DNA of 56,486 nt, from NCBI RefSeq assembly GCF_000315625.1, contig NW_005434442.1, positions 1 through 56,486 of the forward strand, written 5' to 3'. A program made the position numbers and the translations under genes. This document shows, in pieces, positions 43,400 to 56,486 of the stretch. The notes under the pieces are model-generated. The model was not told where the DNA came from, searched no databases, and worked only from the letters and a program-made list of their open reading frames with translations. Numbering within the stretch: the stretch's first letter is position 1; each line of letters starts with the position of its first letter. Source of the stretch: Guillardia theta CCMP2712. Lineage: Eukaryota > Protista > Cryptophyta.

Positions 43400-46300
43400 C
43401 TAGGTAAAGCTTTCTTGAAGCTTTCGAAGCTGCTCCCTCATCTTCTCCGACTTCTCCTCTCCTTTTCTGACCATCATGATCGCTTTCGGGGCTCGCAGTC
43501 TCATCGTCTTCACAGCATGTTGGTAGAGCTCAATTACTCTCTCAACCTCGTCTTCCTTCTTTGAAAGTGTCGCCCGAGACAGCATGAGCTTGTGCTTCAA
43601 TCTCCTCACCTCATTGCTGCAGTCCGCCTCCTCCCTGCAGCCCTCCTGGTAGGACCTCGTCGCCTCCGCGAGCACTTGCGCCTCAACCGCCGGAAGCCTC
43701 CGCACGCTCTTGAGCTTGACTAACTTCTCCTCCACCTGCCGCTTCGCCTCCTCTGCTCGCGACTTGGCGGCAGCGGAGAGGTCGAGGAGCTTGTGGTGGG
43801 AGAGGACGAGGAGGCTGATCTCTTGCTGGACCTCTTCAAAGATCCTCGAGGTGTACTCCAGCAGGAACCCCAGGGCCGCCAGAGAGCCGAGCCCGCCGCA
43901 GGAGCTCCACCCTCGGAGGATAAACTGAGCTTCCTCCTTGTACTTGGTCAGACTCTCCCCGTGCAGACGGGCCAACCACACAAGGCAGGGCAGTCGGGCA
44001 GGATGAGACTTGCCCTGCAGCGTCGACGAGTGCTGGAGGCATCGGAGAACCACTCGAGAGCGATCCCGATGTTGCCCAGCCCCACGTGAGCTTCTCCCAA
44101 CCGCTCGCAAATGCTGGCCCGCAGGTCCGTCAGCCCCTCGGCTGCCTCACTGCTCATCAACTCCCGTGCCATCTGATACTTCTCCACCGCTTTCCACCCA
44201 GCTCGCATGCCCAGCAGGCTGTCTCCCATGCCCACCAGACACCTGGCGCAGAAGCCTGGGCTGTGATCCTCCCAAGCTCCTGTGACGGGGCTCTTGAAGG
44301 CGAGGAGGTGCCTGCAGACTGTGAAGGCTTTGTTCCAGTCTGACAGCGACTTGTCAAACTCTCCCAGCTCGTGGAGGATCTTCGCTCGCAGCTCCACATC
44401 TCAGGTCCCTGCATCCCCCCAAGCCGCTCCCTCATGCCGTCCAGCTGCTGCGAGGCCTCAGACAGCCCCAGCTGGAGGAACGTATGAGCAAGCTTCAAGT
44501 CATGGCGCAGCTTGTGGCTGCTCGCGGCGAGGAGGAGCGTCTGCACTAGACTTCTCCTGCTCGCGGCTGAGTCTTGCAGCACCTGAGAGCTCAGGGCTCG
44601 GTACAGGTAAGCATCCGCCTCGGCAAAGTCGCCGAGAGTCGTGTGAAGCGATGCGATGCGATGAGCTAGCATGGCAGCACAAGGGTCCAGCAAGTAGCCG
44701 TACTGACCTGAGGCAACCAGCGAGGCTTGCAAGCTCAGCTTGTTCAGTCGCAGAGCTGCCTCGTACCTCCCCTCAGCCTCCTTGAGTTCGGCTGCCACGG
44801 CCAGGGCCTGCGCGAGCATCTGGGCGCCGTCAAGGGGGTTCAAGGGAAGGGCGTGTAGCTCATCGGAGAGGTGCTGAAGAGCCGCTTGAACTCGCTCGTC
44901 GAGCTTCTCCTGACCTGAGCGAGTCAAGCAGGACGAGGTCTTGGCCAGCAGCACGTCGAACTTGAGGCGTTCCATCCTCCTGCTTCCTCCCTGCGACTTG
45001 ACTCTCGTCGCGTTGGCGTAGAGGCGGTCAAAGATTTCAATGGCGAGGTCAAGACAAACGCTGGAGGCGAGCAAGTCAGGGAGGGAGGAGAGGAGGGTGC
45101 TCATGCTGAGGAGAGCCCCAGTCAGCTCCACGTTCTTCTCCTCGCTCTCCTCGCGTGCCTCATGCCTCGCCACCAGCTCCTGCAGCGTCTGCAGGCTCCG
45201 CACGTGGTCTGACCGCTGAGCGTGATCGGCTGCGGTCCTCTGCAGCGCCAACCTGAGAAGACCCTCCGTCTCGTCGTTGCTGGGCGCCTGCCGAAGGATC
45301 TCCATGGTGAGAGTCTGACTGCTAAGGGTGGAGAGGGGGCTGAACGACGGGCGGAGGCGCTTGAAGGAGAGGACTTGAGACAGCAGAAACCTGACAGTGC
45401 GCACAGGAGGACGATGAGCGGGCATGTACTGCAGACACCACAGCAGGAGCAGCTTGAGGATGTCTCCTACCGCATGCTTAACCCGCTCCCCCACATTCAA
45501 GGTGTCACGTTGCAAGGCGGCAAGCTTAGAGGCGAGGTCAGGGGAGGAGGCAAATCGTGTGAAGGCTGCTTCCACCTGCCTCTCCAGGCTTCTGACCTCG
45601 CTTGGCACCGGCTCGCCTTGCAGGAAGGGAAAGTCCCTCGAGAAGCTGCTCAAGTCATCGAAGGGACGCTGGTCGTCGGGAGCGGATCCTGATAGGTCGC
45701 GAGCTCGTAGAGAGTCTTCATGCTGCTGCGAGTTAAAGTTTGACAGGGCTCCGCGCATTACCACAGCATGCTCCCCCGTGCAATACAGGAGATCTCGTCT
45801 CAGCCGCGAGTATGCCTCCTCCGGCAAGTGAAAGTCTCGTCTCAGCAGCTGTTGGAGGTAAGCGACGGTTTCACTCTTATCCCCAGTAAGAATGACCTGC
45901 ATGAGCTGACTGGTGTGTTCTCTTACCGTCACTTGCTCGCTGCTCAAGGCTTCTTCGAGGGATGCGATGGAGGCTTCTTCTATTCGCATCTTCGCCGACA
46001 AGTCATCCCTCCGCCCTTCCAGCTCAGCCATGCTTGCTTCCATCTCCTTCGATCTGTGTGACAGCCTGTGCACATCCACCAAGGTTGCGATCCAGCGGCT
46101 GTAGGTGAGGATGGCAGGGGAGGGCTGGGGGTCCGTGTCGTTAGCAGCAGCGTTCAACTTGTCGAGGCTTCGCTTCAGACTATCAGACAAGTGCAAGCTG
46201 TCTGCAGGATTATGAGCAATGAGCTCTCGTAGAACTTCTTCGGTGAAGATCGACATGTGCGGTTGTTGGTTTGTCTTGCCTGCTTCTTGCAGGATGATTC

Positions 46301-48663
46301 TCAAGGTGTGCTTCAGTGACGCGATACGAGGATTCTCTTCTGACATGCTGGCTTGTTTCAGGTTTTTCTTATCGAGTCGCTTCAAGCTTTCTGTCGCTTC
46401 TTGCCACATCAACTTTGCTGAATCGCTTGCCCTCGCACATTCATCCTCCAGCAACGACAGCTCTGCCTGCACCTGCCGCTGGTTTGCCTCCTCCGCAGCT
46501 TGTCTGCTTCGTCTCTGAACCACATCCTGGTGGGCGTCAGCGAGCAGCGAGAGCGACAAGTCCACGTCATATCCTTGGGCGTACAACTTTCGTTGGAACG
46601 CGGAGTACCCAAGCTTCTTCATGTCTTCAAGGACTCCCATGGCGTAAAGAACAGTCGTAGCCCATCCCCAGCTATCGCTGAGCTGCGAGGGGGCATGATC
46701 GGATGGAAGTGGAGGGTCGACGCAATCGTCTTCTTTCCAGAAGCAGGCCTGGCCTCCCGAGGAAGCACTCAGAGGGTTGTGAACTTGCTCGGGCGACCAG
46801 AACCCTGGGGTTCCGCGTTTCGTCGCATCGTCGTCAGAGAGGCACATGGAGGAGCTGAAGTCGCAAAGCTTAGCGGTGAAGTCCAGGAGCGACTCAGAGA
46901 CTCGGTCGCTGATTGCCAGCAGCACGTTGTCGGGCTTCACGTCCAGGTGCATCATGGCATGATCATGCACGTGCTCCAGCCCAGCCGCGAGCTGCCAAGC
47001 GAGCACAAGGATGCAGTCGGACTGTTGGGAGGGGGACAGCGGAGACTCCTTGAGGCTTCGCCTGAAGGCTCGCAGAGAGACGCTCTCGTGGTAGTCGACC
47101 AAGAACATGCATGAACTCACAGGCATGATCAAGTGCAGTACATTGACGTGCGAGGGACAGGCCAACCACCTGGCGCTGCTTGAAAGGGTCCTCATCGTTC
47201 TTGGAATGATTCGCAAACCAACCTTCGCTTCTGACCTTCCCAGTCTCCCGATGTGAACTGGCACGATGTCGTTGTTGAGAAACGCGGGTTTCAACGAGCT
47301 CATTCCCTGCAGCCATGGATGTCTTGTGGTGAAATGGCTTGTGATCGCCTGCGGCAACCGCTGCATGTCTACGACCACCTTCACGTCGATCACTCCCTCT
47401 GCCTCGTCGATCTCTCCGAGATGACTTTCAAGAGGTTTGTAGGAAGCCTTCACTGCACTCGCTCCCTTCACTCTGTATGAGAACGTGAAGGGGTACCAGG
47501 AGGGCAACAGGCATGCACGTGCTACAATCTTTCCCAGCTCTTGTGTTGTCGTCCCAGCAGACGCTTCCAAGGTTGACAGGTAGGCCGGAGCATCAGAGAA
47601 CCCTGCCAAGTGCGAGAGATTGACAGAGGAGGCAGCAGCCTGAAAGCCAACCTGAAGGAAACTGCGAGCAGAAGACAAGACAGGAAAGCCTTGGACGCCC
47701 TCCAGGTCAGGCCCTTGCTTGACATCTCCTGGAAACTTGACGCATTTGATTTTTCTAATGTTCGACGAGATATTGTATCTCTCCTGGAAATGGAAGGTAA
47801 TGCTTTGATCCGTGGAGACTTTAGAATCGTATCGATAAGATTTCTCAATCCAAGAGTCTTGGACAATCTTGACAGGAAGAGTGATTCTGTTTTGGTCTAT
47901 CTTGATGAATGCGAATCTTTCAAACTCAAGATTCAGCTGCAGCGTCGCTTCTCTTGTCTCCTCCACCCATTGAGGATCAAAGGAGGATCTTGGGATCTCA
48001 AGGACCAAGGGAACCTCGTCGGGTACAGCAGCAGCATCGGCCATGTAACAAGCATCGAAGCTGCTCCTGTGACTCACCTGTGAGCTTGAGCTTGCTTTCA
48101 GAAACAAGAAGAGCTCAACTACCTCCTCAAACCCCAGGCTCCCGCTCTTGTCTGTGTCGAAGGCTTCCATCACCGCTTCAAACTCCTGCGGCGAAATCGA
48201 AAGGCCATATCGACTAAGGGCGCTCTGAACTTCATCTGGGGTGAGCGATCCACTGTTGTCTTCATCAAAACTCTGAAACATCGATCGAATCGACTGAATT
48301 TCTTGTAGCTTCATACCTCGTAGAGACAGATGAAACAGCTTCGGTTGCGAGATCCCATACTGCTCGTGCTCTATTCCTTGGAGTTCTGAGGAACTGATTG
48401 CATCGCAACATGTGAATTCTTCTACTCTGATTCTGATAGGATCGAAGATGCAAATGTCCCGAAGTCTTGTATCGATCGAGGCCATTTCCTTCAGCAGGTA
48501 GTTGAAGCAAACCTTCAAAATTGAACAAGTCTGAAGAAGCACCCCTACCGCTCTCCAATGTCATGAAAGCTCAAGGCCCCATTCAGAATGTGTCTCGACT
48601 TCAGGGATGAGAGGAGGAGGGGACGAGGGGAGGGATACTTCCCAGGTCTTGCTCTTCATCATG
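43400..48663 (-). CDS. EF-hand + Ser/Thr kinase-like + TPR/coiled-coil protein
   Basis: EF hands DEDNSGSLT and DTDKSGSLG; kinase HLDVKPDNVL, LCDF, GTPGFWSPE, SDSWGW. TPR-like helices follow, with frame changes near 44400 and 44000. 5' end approximate. Confidence 0.75.
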
Positions 48664-50797
48664 CGATCACTTCGGTATCTCCCTCGCTCTCTTGATATCA
48701 AAGCTGCTACCAGCCCTCACCAGCCGCATCCTAGAGTAGGTTCGGTCGACGGTCGTTTCGGCTGGGGACTCAGGCGGGCTCGGCAGCTCGTATTACGCAG
48801 GTATTACCGTACGTTCGGATGAGTCCGAGCCTCATAGGCTTGGCGTTGCCCGGGCTGGCCACAGATCTGTCCGATCACCGTGGCACAGTACTAGCCTTAT
48901 ACCGAACCGTACCGTTAACGGTCATCCCAGGCGGCTCTCCTCCTCAGTAACCGTGAACGAGTCACGGGGTACCTTGCAGTGTATCTTCGATCAAAGAAAA
49001 GCACAGCGGCAAGTTGCCAGGCTTTTCCGGCCGGGTGCTGCTATGAATGAAAGATATAGGCAAGAAATTTTCAGTGTTTTCGAACTTTGGAAGGACCTGA
49101 GGCCCCGGGCCGGGTCCGATCCCCCGGTTCATGACGCCGTCACAGTGAAGTTTCGAGTCATCATCCCGGAGTCCCGCAGTTCCAAGTGGGACGGGTACCC
49201 TCCTTTAAGATGCCGCAGTGCCAGCGGCCGAAGCGGCGTGCCAGTGACTGATTTGAACTTGAGCGGCCAAGCCGCAAACCTAGCAATGCCTAGCCTAGCA
49301 GTAACTCGGACGGTTACAGGGCGCGGATGAGACTCTCATCCGATCCGAGTGGCTTGAAGCCTTGAATGTTGAACTCAGTCGAGACTCAGGCTTGAATACT
49401 AGTATGATGATAAGAATCGCTTGATGGCGTCCGATCTTCAGCATCGGTGACAGTCCGAGCCGAGCCGCACGCTACTACAAGCCTTTTACTCAAAGTTAAC
49501 TGAGTCAAAAATCAGTGCAATCCTTGAAGCCTCCTCTACCGTAGCCGTACTCTCCTGATTATATCGTCGTACTCAGCGATTTTTAACTTAACTTTGCCAA
49601 GTACTGCGGGGGTCCCCAGTTCACTGAGTCAAACCCGCCTACATAATACAAGGATACTAATCAGTGACGGGCCCTCGGACTCATCCCGGCGGGCCCCGGA
49701 ATGCTGCTGAGCTTCCGGCGGACGAGGATCAGGTTTGTTCCTGCCACGGTCTGGTGCTCAACTGACCAAGGGGACGTGATGAAGACGTGACAGGGACGTG
49801 TCATTAGTTGTATGGGGGACGCTAGAGCCCACGTGACCCCATTGTCTTTTTGCGCAGGGGGATGTGACCAGGGTGAGGGGGGACGTGAAAGGGCTGGAGG
49901 GAGGGCAACCGGAGGTCCGCGGGGTCATTTACATCGCAACTGGTCGTGAACCCCCCTGATGAGTATGATGACAGGGGGTGGGGTCAGCAGGTATTTCTAG
50001 AAATTGGGTAACGTGACAGGGTCATGCACTCTAAAGACTTCTAGAACCCCTGGTACCTCTGCTAGCCCATGGCAATGGCCCTCACTTCAATAGGAGAAAC
50101 GGGGGGGTGGTAGTGCACCGGAGCGCCGGTGGTTATGATCTTCTTACCCTACCCGCCCCCCCCCCCCTCCAGGTAGTGGTGAGACCCCTGCACCCCCAGG
50201 CCCTGTGCTGACCCTACCCTACCCACGACCTTCAAAAATGCAATCGTGAGTTGCTCATGGAACCCCCTTCAGCCCCAATCACCACCCGTGGACCCCTTCA
50301 TCTCCCTGCAAGTACCCCACCACTTTGTTTTGCCTCCGCCTGCTTTACAGTGTTGCTTTCATGCAACCCGTGACACCTACCCCACCTCCTTCTTGCTTCC
50401 CAGCACTCATCTTATCAAGCACCCCACCTCCCCCATTAATGCTAGGTTGTACCGGTCATTTTACCGGTCAGATAGGAACCCCACCCCCTCCCCAGTTAGG
50501 CCAGTCAGATCCCCCAGAAATTCGTCCCGTCTGTCTTGTCCCTGACAAAATAAAAAGCTGCTTGCTCCCCCCACCGTGCTCCATCGCCTCCTCCTCTGCC
50601 CTCTCCTGCTCCATCCTCTCGCTTCATCCCATCGCCTTCCTACGTTCATCCTCCCTTCCTCTTCCTTCCCTCTTTCTCTGTGACCCTGAGAAACACCTGC
50701 CAACATGTCCAACATGCATCCAGAGAGACCGGATGCGCAACTTGTCACAAGCGAGTTCACCTACTCGGACGCAAGGTCCCGATCCCACGTAATACTT

Positions 50798-53700
50798 ATG
50801 GAGGATGTTTCTCCACCCAAAACATCGGTAAGATTTTGCAGTTGCATTTCTTTCTTTTCTCACTAGCGCACGCAGTCCGATTCAGACAATACGGATCCTG
50901 TGAATGAGTCTTCTTTGAAAATTCTTGTTGAAAGTGGGCATGGTGACTTCCCTGTGGATGAATTGTTCCGACCAGGGCTCCAGGAGCGGCTATCTCAGGT
51001 CGACATTATGAAAGGAGCTTCAAAGTTGTACGGAACAAAGCACGGGCCTTGCTATGTCACCCTCCAGGACCTTTCAATCAGAGGACGAGTTGACGTCTCC
51101 AGCGTCGACTTCCCTACTGTGGGGACATCGATACTCGGCCTGATCAAGTCTCTCACTCTGCAATCGAAGCCGGTGTGCAAGAACGATATTCTCTCTGATG
51201 TCACCACGGCATTCGCTCCCGGAAAGCTCTGCCTCCTCATCGGCGCGCCTCAGTCCGGGAAGTCCACTCTCTTGAAGTTGATTGCGAGCCGTCTTGAGAG
51301 CGGTCTGGAACAGAGCGGGAACATCTGTTTCAACGGTGTACACCCTAATAAGAAGATCATGCCAAGAATTGCAGCTTACACTCCTCAATACGACGACCAC
51401 ACCCCTGTCCTGACTGTCAAGGAAACCATGGACTTCGCGTTTGACTGTGTCTCAAGCACTCTGATGCGCGAGGTCGCGGAACGTAATGGTATGAACCTTG
51501 CAGAGGCAAAAGGCCAGGACGTCAACCCCAGGAACAAAGTAGACATGCTCCTGCACTACTTTGGCCTTTCGCACGTCAAGGATACTGTTGCAGGGAGTGG
51601 AGTTCTGCGTGGATTGTCTGGTGGCGAAAGGAGGAGATTGACAATCGCTGAACAACTTGTCGGAAACAACATGGTACACTGCATGGATGAAATAACAACT
51701 GGATTAGATTCAGCTGCAGCCATTGACATAATCCGTACGCTTCGAAATGCTTGCCAGGTGATGAACAACACTACTATTATATCATTGTTGCAGCCTCCTC
51801 CTGATGTCTTGGAGATGTTTGATGAAATCATGGTTCTCGGCGCACATGGCACGTTGCTTTACCATGGACCTCTCAGCAAGGCGAAGGAGTACTTCTGCAG
51901 GGAGCTGGGCTTCTGCTGTCCAGATAGCATGTCACTTGCGGACTTTCTGGTGTACGTGTCCACCGGAGATTCCTTGGAGTTTTGGAAGAACCCTGGGGTG
52001 AAGCCTCCAACTTGCATGGAGATGGCTGAGAGATGGAAGCGCTCTGAAATACATCACACTTACATTCACCCAAGATTCGCCGCCGCTGCCACGCTGGCAA
52101 AAGATGTTCATGAGAACCCTATCAACAAACTGCCTTGGACTAGACCGTTTGGAGCCTCTATGGGAACTCTGATGATTGCGTGCCTTCGACGAGCGATTGC
52201 AGTGAAGCTGAAGAACCTTGGCATTCTCAAGGCGTTGGTGATCCAACGTACTATTCAATCTGTAATCATCGGCACGATTTTCTGGCAGTTGCCCACGACA
52301 AGGTACAACTTGAAAGTACCCCTCTTCTTCCTGCTGGTTTCTATTCTTTCCATGAGCAACATGTACATCATCGATGTGACTGAAGCCAAGAGGCCTATCT
52401 TCTACAAACATCGCGATTCAGGCTTCTTCCCGACTTGGGTCTACGTCCTATCTGAGGCTATTGCTGATTTTCCTATGCAACTTGTAGAAGTTCTTATTGT
52501 CAGTTTGATTGTTTTCTTTTTCGTCGGTTTGCAGGCTTCAACATGGCCTGTCTTTGCAGTATCCTTGATATGCATCTACCTTGCCTTCGGAGCGGTGTAC
52601 AAGGCGTTTGCTGCTGTGGCCAAGACTACCTCAGGGTCGCATGGAATGGCCATCGGGTTCGCAGCCTTAGCCATGTGCTTCTCCGGATTCATCGTGACGC
52701 GCTCGACGATTCCTCCCTTCTTCATCTGGATCTACTGGATCGTCCCAACTCCCTGGATCATCCGCATCGTGGCATTGAACGAGTTCAAGGCGTCGGGAAA
52801 GAATGGGTACTACGACCAGCTTGGCGATGGTGGAGTCAGGAGAGGCGATCTGATGCTCGAGGCCTTTGCGATTCAGACGGAAGACTACTGGATCGGGTAT
52901 GGATTTCTGTACATCGTCTTCCTCATCGTGATAGGTCATTGGCTGTACATCTGGTCACTGGATCGTCTGAGGTACGGGTTTCAAAGACCCACTATCGTCA
53001 AGAAGAACAAAGCCCAAAAGATCTCTCCGATCGGGCATGCTAAGTTGGACCCGGAGATGTTGGACGAGATGGAGCAGTCAGCGGCAGCCTTCATCAGCCA
53101 GCAGGCCTTCACGACCCTTGAGAGCTTGTCTTGCCAGCCTCCCAAGGTCTCGTTGGCGGTCAGGGACTTGACGTACACGGTCACGATCAAGGCGCCGAAA
53201 GGATCGGGTGTCAAGACTCTTGACAAGGTGCTGATCAACAACGTGGACGCTCTGTTCCTGCCGGGGAGGATCACTGCCCTCATGGGGGCCTCGGGGGCCG
53301 GAAAGACGACGCTCATGGATGTGATTGCTGGACGAAAGACGGCTGGTAAGATCACTGGTGAGGTTCTCGTCAACGGGCATCCCCAAGACCTCAGCACGTT
53401 CGCTCGCATCTCTGGGTACGTGGAGCAGATGGACATTCACATCGCCACCATGACGGTGAGTCTCGTTTGACCTGACTCTCCTCGGCTGATAGCTCCTGAC
53501 AGGTGATCGAGGCCCTGCGGTTCTCTGCCAACCATCGCTTGCCGCCTGAGCTGACGGCAGCTGAAAGGGAGCAGGTGGTGCAGGCCGTGGTCGACCTGGT
53601 GGAACTCCGTCCGGTGGTGGACAAGATGATCGGCGACTCGTCGACGGGCCTGTCGACGGAGCAGAGGAAGCGAGTCACTATCGGGGTCGAGATGGCGGCA

Positions 53701-55212
53701 AACCCTAGCATCATCTTCCTCGACGAGCCGACCTCAGGCTTGGACGCTCGCTCAGCCAAGGTCGTCATGTCCGTCATCCGTCGCATCGCTGCTGCCGGTC
53801 GTACTGTAGTCTGCACTGTCCATCAGCCCTCTCCGGAGATCTTCGCCATGTTCGACAACCTCCTCCTCCTCAAGAAAGGCGGCTGGACCGTGTACAATGG
53901 AGACCTGGGCCCTCAGGGCACGGACCCAGTGACCATGCTCCCCACTAGCTCCGCCCGCAACATGATCGACTACTTCCAGACCCTCTCGCCATCAGTGCCG
54001 AGGTATGAGGAAGGAACAAATCCGGCCGAGTACATGCTTGACGTCATCGGAGCTGGGATCGACACGGCGAGCAGAAGCGTGGACGTGGACTTTGTGGAGC
54101 AGTTCCGCAACTCGACCATGGCTTCGGAGATTTTGTCCGAAATTTCCAAGATCGGGGAGGGCGAGAAGATCGCGTTCAGTGCTCGCTACGCCACCACCCT
54201 CGTCACTCAGCTCTACTACTCTTGTGATCGATGGTTCTCCATGTACTACAGGAACGTGGGATACAACTACAATCGTCTCATCGTCGTTCTTATCGTCGCT
54301 CTCCTCTTCGCCCTCAACGTCACCCACGTGTCTTTGCAATCTGTCAGCGACCAGGCGACGCTGCAGTCCTTCAACGGAGTAATCTTTGCTGGCGTTTTCT
54401 TCACTTGCGCTGTGCAGAACTCAATGTCCGTGGGAGTCATCGGCAACTCGAAGCTCGTCTACTACAAAGAGCTCGCTGCTGGCATGTACGCTCCCTTCTC
54501 CTACCTCTTCGGAGCCACAGTTGCCGAGATTCCTTGGCTTGTCATCGTCGTCGGACTCCATCTCCTCGTCTTCTACCCTCTGGCCGGCCTGTGGGCTGCG
54601 ACGGACTACGTGGTCATGTACGGCATCGCCATGTTTCTGTTCGCCATGGTCTTCTGCTTCTGGGGTCAGATGATCTCGGCCATGGCCTCCACCACGCAGG
54701 CAGCGTCGCTCATCGCCAGCCCAACCATCGGCCTCATGGTTCTCTTCTGCGGCTTCTTCATCCCAGGCTACATGATCCCCTACCCCTGGAAGATCTTCTA
54801 CTACGTCTTCCCTGCTCGCTACGGCCTCATCTCCGCCATGCCCAAGCAGTTCTACTGCAGCCTCAGCTGTATCCCTGAGCGGCAGATCAGCGACAACTTG
54901 ATGCGCATCGACTGCACCAATCCCGCGATCAAGTCGCTTGCCGACGCTCCTTACCACGCGTCGGGCCCCGGCTGCAGCCTGCTCTTCGACAAGACCAACG
55001 CAACCGCAGGCGCGCAGGGCATCGACTTTGTGGAAAGCAACTTTCCCGGGCAGGCGTACCCGAGGATGACGGTGTGGGACTACTGGAGCCTGACGACCCA
55101 CAGCAACGTCAACGACGTGAACCTCTTCCTGTGGGTGACCGCCATCTTCGCCATAGGCTACCGAGTCATCACCTTCCTCTGCCTCAAGTACCTCCGGCAG
55201 ATCCAGCGATAA
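50798..55212 (+). CDS. Full-length ABCG / PDR-type ABC transporter (NBD-TMD-NBD-TMD)
   Basis: GAPQSGKST, LSGGERRR, MDEITTGLDS; GASGAGKTT, LSTEQRKRVTIGVE, LDEPTSGLD; two TM blocks. Introns at ~50828-50866 and 53456-53502. Confidence 0.95.
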
Positions 55213-56366
55213 GCCTTGCTCTCTTTTTTATGAACTCTTGTATAGACATACCGCCACTTCACCCCCCTTCCCTCTCCTCCTCCTCCATCGCATTCTCCCC
55301 TATCCCCGCAAGGATGTCGTAGACCGAAGGCTGCTCTGCATCAACGTCATACCAATGCTTCCTCTCTCCCTCTCCCTCCTCTCACCGTCTCTCCTCGCTC
55401 GTTGCATGAAGACAAGCTTCGTCCAGCTGTCTGCCATCCCGCTCTGCCTCCTCCCTCACTCTCCCCCTCCTCCTCGCACATTCATCACCTTGACCGCCCG
55501 CACGCATTTCAGCCCCACCACTCGTCCCTGCAACAACATGAGCGGAGGAAGAGGAGGAGAGGAGGGAGAGAAGGAGGAAACCGCACGAGGAGGAGGAGGA
55601 GGAGGAGGAGGAGGGGGGGGGGGGGGGGAGAGGGGAAGGTGGAAACCGCAGGAGCAGGAGCAGGAGAGTAGGACTGTATGCATAGCAGAAGCGCAAGGCA
55701 GGAGATGCGACACCTTCTCTTCGTCCAGCTCGTCGTACTCGAAGCGGAACAGCCCGCTCACGTTCTTGTCTGCAGAGGAGAATAAGGAGGAGCAGGCAAG
55801 CGGTTCCCTGCTACCTGTCCAGCTGTCGGTGAGCTGGTGGCTGACGACAAGAGGAGGAGAGTCGCAGGTGAGGATCGAGCCCTCCTGCCGTCACGGGTGA
55901 GAGCAAGAGAGGAGGAGAAGCCAAGCTCCTGACCCGACCCATGAAGAGCGTCGTAGACATCTGCCATTGCATCATCATCACCCTCCTCCTCCTCCCCCTC
56001 TTCCTTCTTCCTCTTCCTCTTCCTCCCTCCTCTCCAATCCTTCCGCCCCCCCACCCTGCCCTCCTCTACACCCCCTCTGTTCTCATCCTCCTTGGCAGAC
56101 CTTGTTGCTTGCGTTGGCAGCATCGGTTCCTGCTGAGCATCAGAAAGGGGAGGAGGGAGAGGAGAAGAGATCACCCTGCTTCACGTCCTCGTAGAGGGGC
56201 GAGCACGCTTTGTCCTTCCACACCAGCGCGAAGGGAGAAAGACCGCGAGCGTACGGGGCCTGCGCGTTCGTCTTAAGTTGACCGCAGGCATGCAAGCAGA
56301 CTGACCAGCTTTGAGTAGAAGAAAAGTCCGTCTTTCAAGTAGCCTGCGATGAAATTAGGCAAGGGG

Positions 56367-56486
56367 AGGAGAGGAGAGGGAATGAGAGGAGAGGAGAGGG
56401 AATGAGAGGAGAGGAGAGGGAATGAGAGGAGAGGAGAGGGAATGAGAGGAGAGGAGAGGAGAGGAGAGGAGAGGGAATGAGAGGAG
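56367..56486. repeat. Purine-rich 20-bp repeat (GAGAGGAGAGGAGAGGGAAT)
   Basis: Direct reading. Confidence 0.85.

Noticed and set aside
48780-50500. Transposon or ncRNA in palindrome-rich intergenic DNA (similar texture at 16900-17240 and 41880-42300)
   Set aside because: Short palindromic words recur in several intergenic regions, but I found no TIR/TSD, ORF or alignable repeat.
55680-56350. 3' exons of a minus-strand gene
   Set aside because: Probably coding, but too fragmented by purine-rich introns to assign boundaries or product.

Overview
Eukaryotic chromosome-end (subtelomeric) window. The host is probably a cryptophyte-type alga with a secondary red plastid, such as Guillardia theta. 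This is inferred from TTTAGGG telomeric repeats, many short GT-AG introns and signal-peptide+F bipartite plastid presequences. There are three zones. (1) 1-3665: a tandem array of a ~2.7-kb element bounded by CCCTAAA telomeric tracts. The complete copy has a 5' 19-bp repeat array, one 724-codon ORF with RRM-like segments but no RT, a repeated 3' UTR, AATAAA and a (TAA)5 tail. The 5' end of a second, diverged copy is at 1-824. It looks like an ORF1-only, telomere-targeted non-LTR retroelement. (2) 3666-~16880: an intronless, mostly AT-rich virus-like island joined directly to telomeric repeats. It encodes two BRO-N/T5orf172-type proteins, a PolA-like (TVpol) primase-polymerase fused to a D5/SF3 helicase, and a 1538-aa Mre11-Rad50 fusion. 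It also has its own intergenic palindrome/hairpin family and ends in 44-bp repeats with a TTTTAGGGG core. No capsid or integrase gene is recognisable. (3) ~17000-56486: ordinary intron-rich host genes, including a putative Gfo/Idh/MocA + aldonolactone oxidase fusion, a BSD protein, a mitochondrial carrier, plastid-targeted SecA, an EF-hand/kinase/TPR protein and a PDR-type ABCG transporter, with minisatellites and one N gap. All assignments come from reading motifs by eye; no searches were run.
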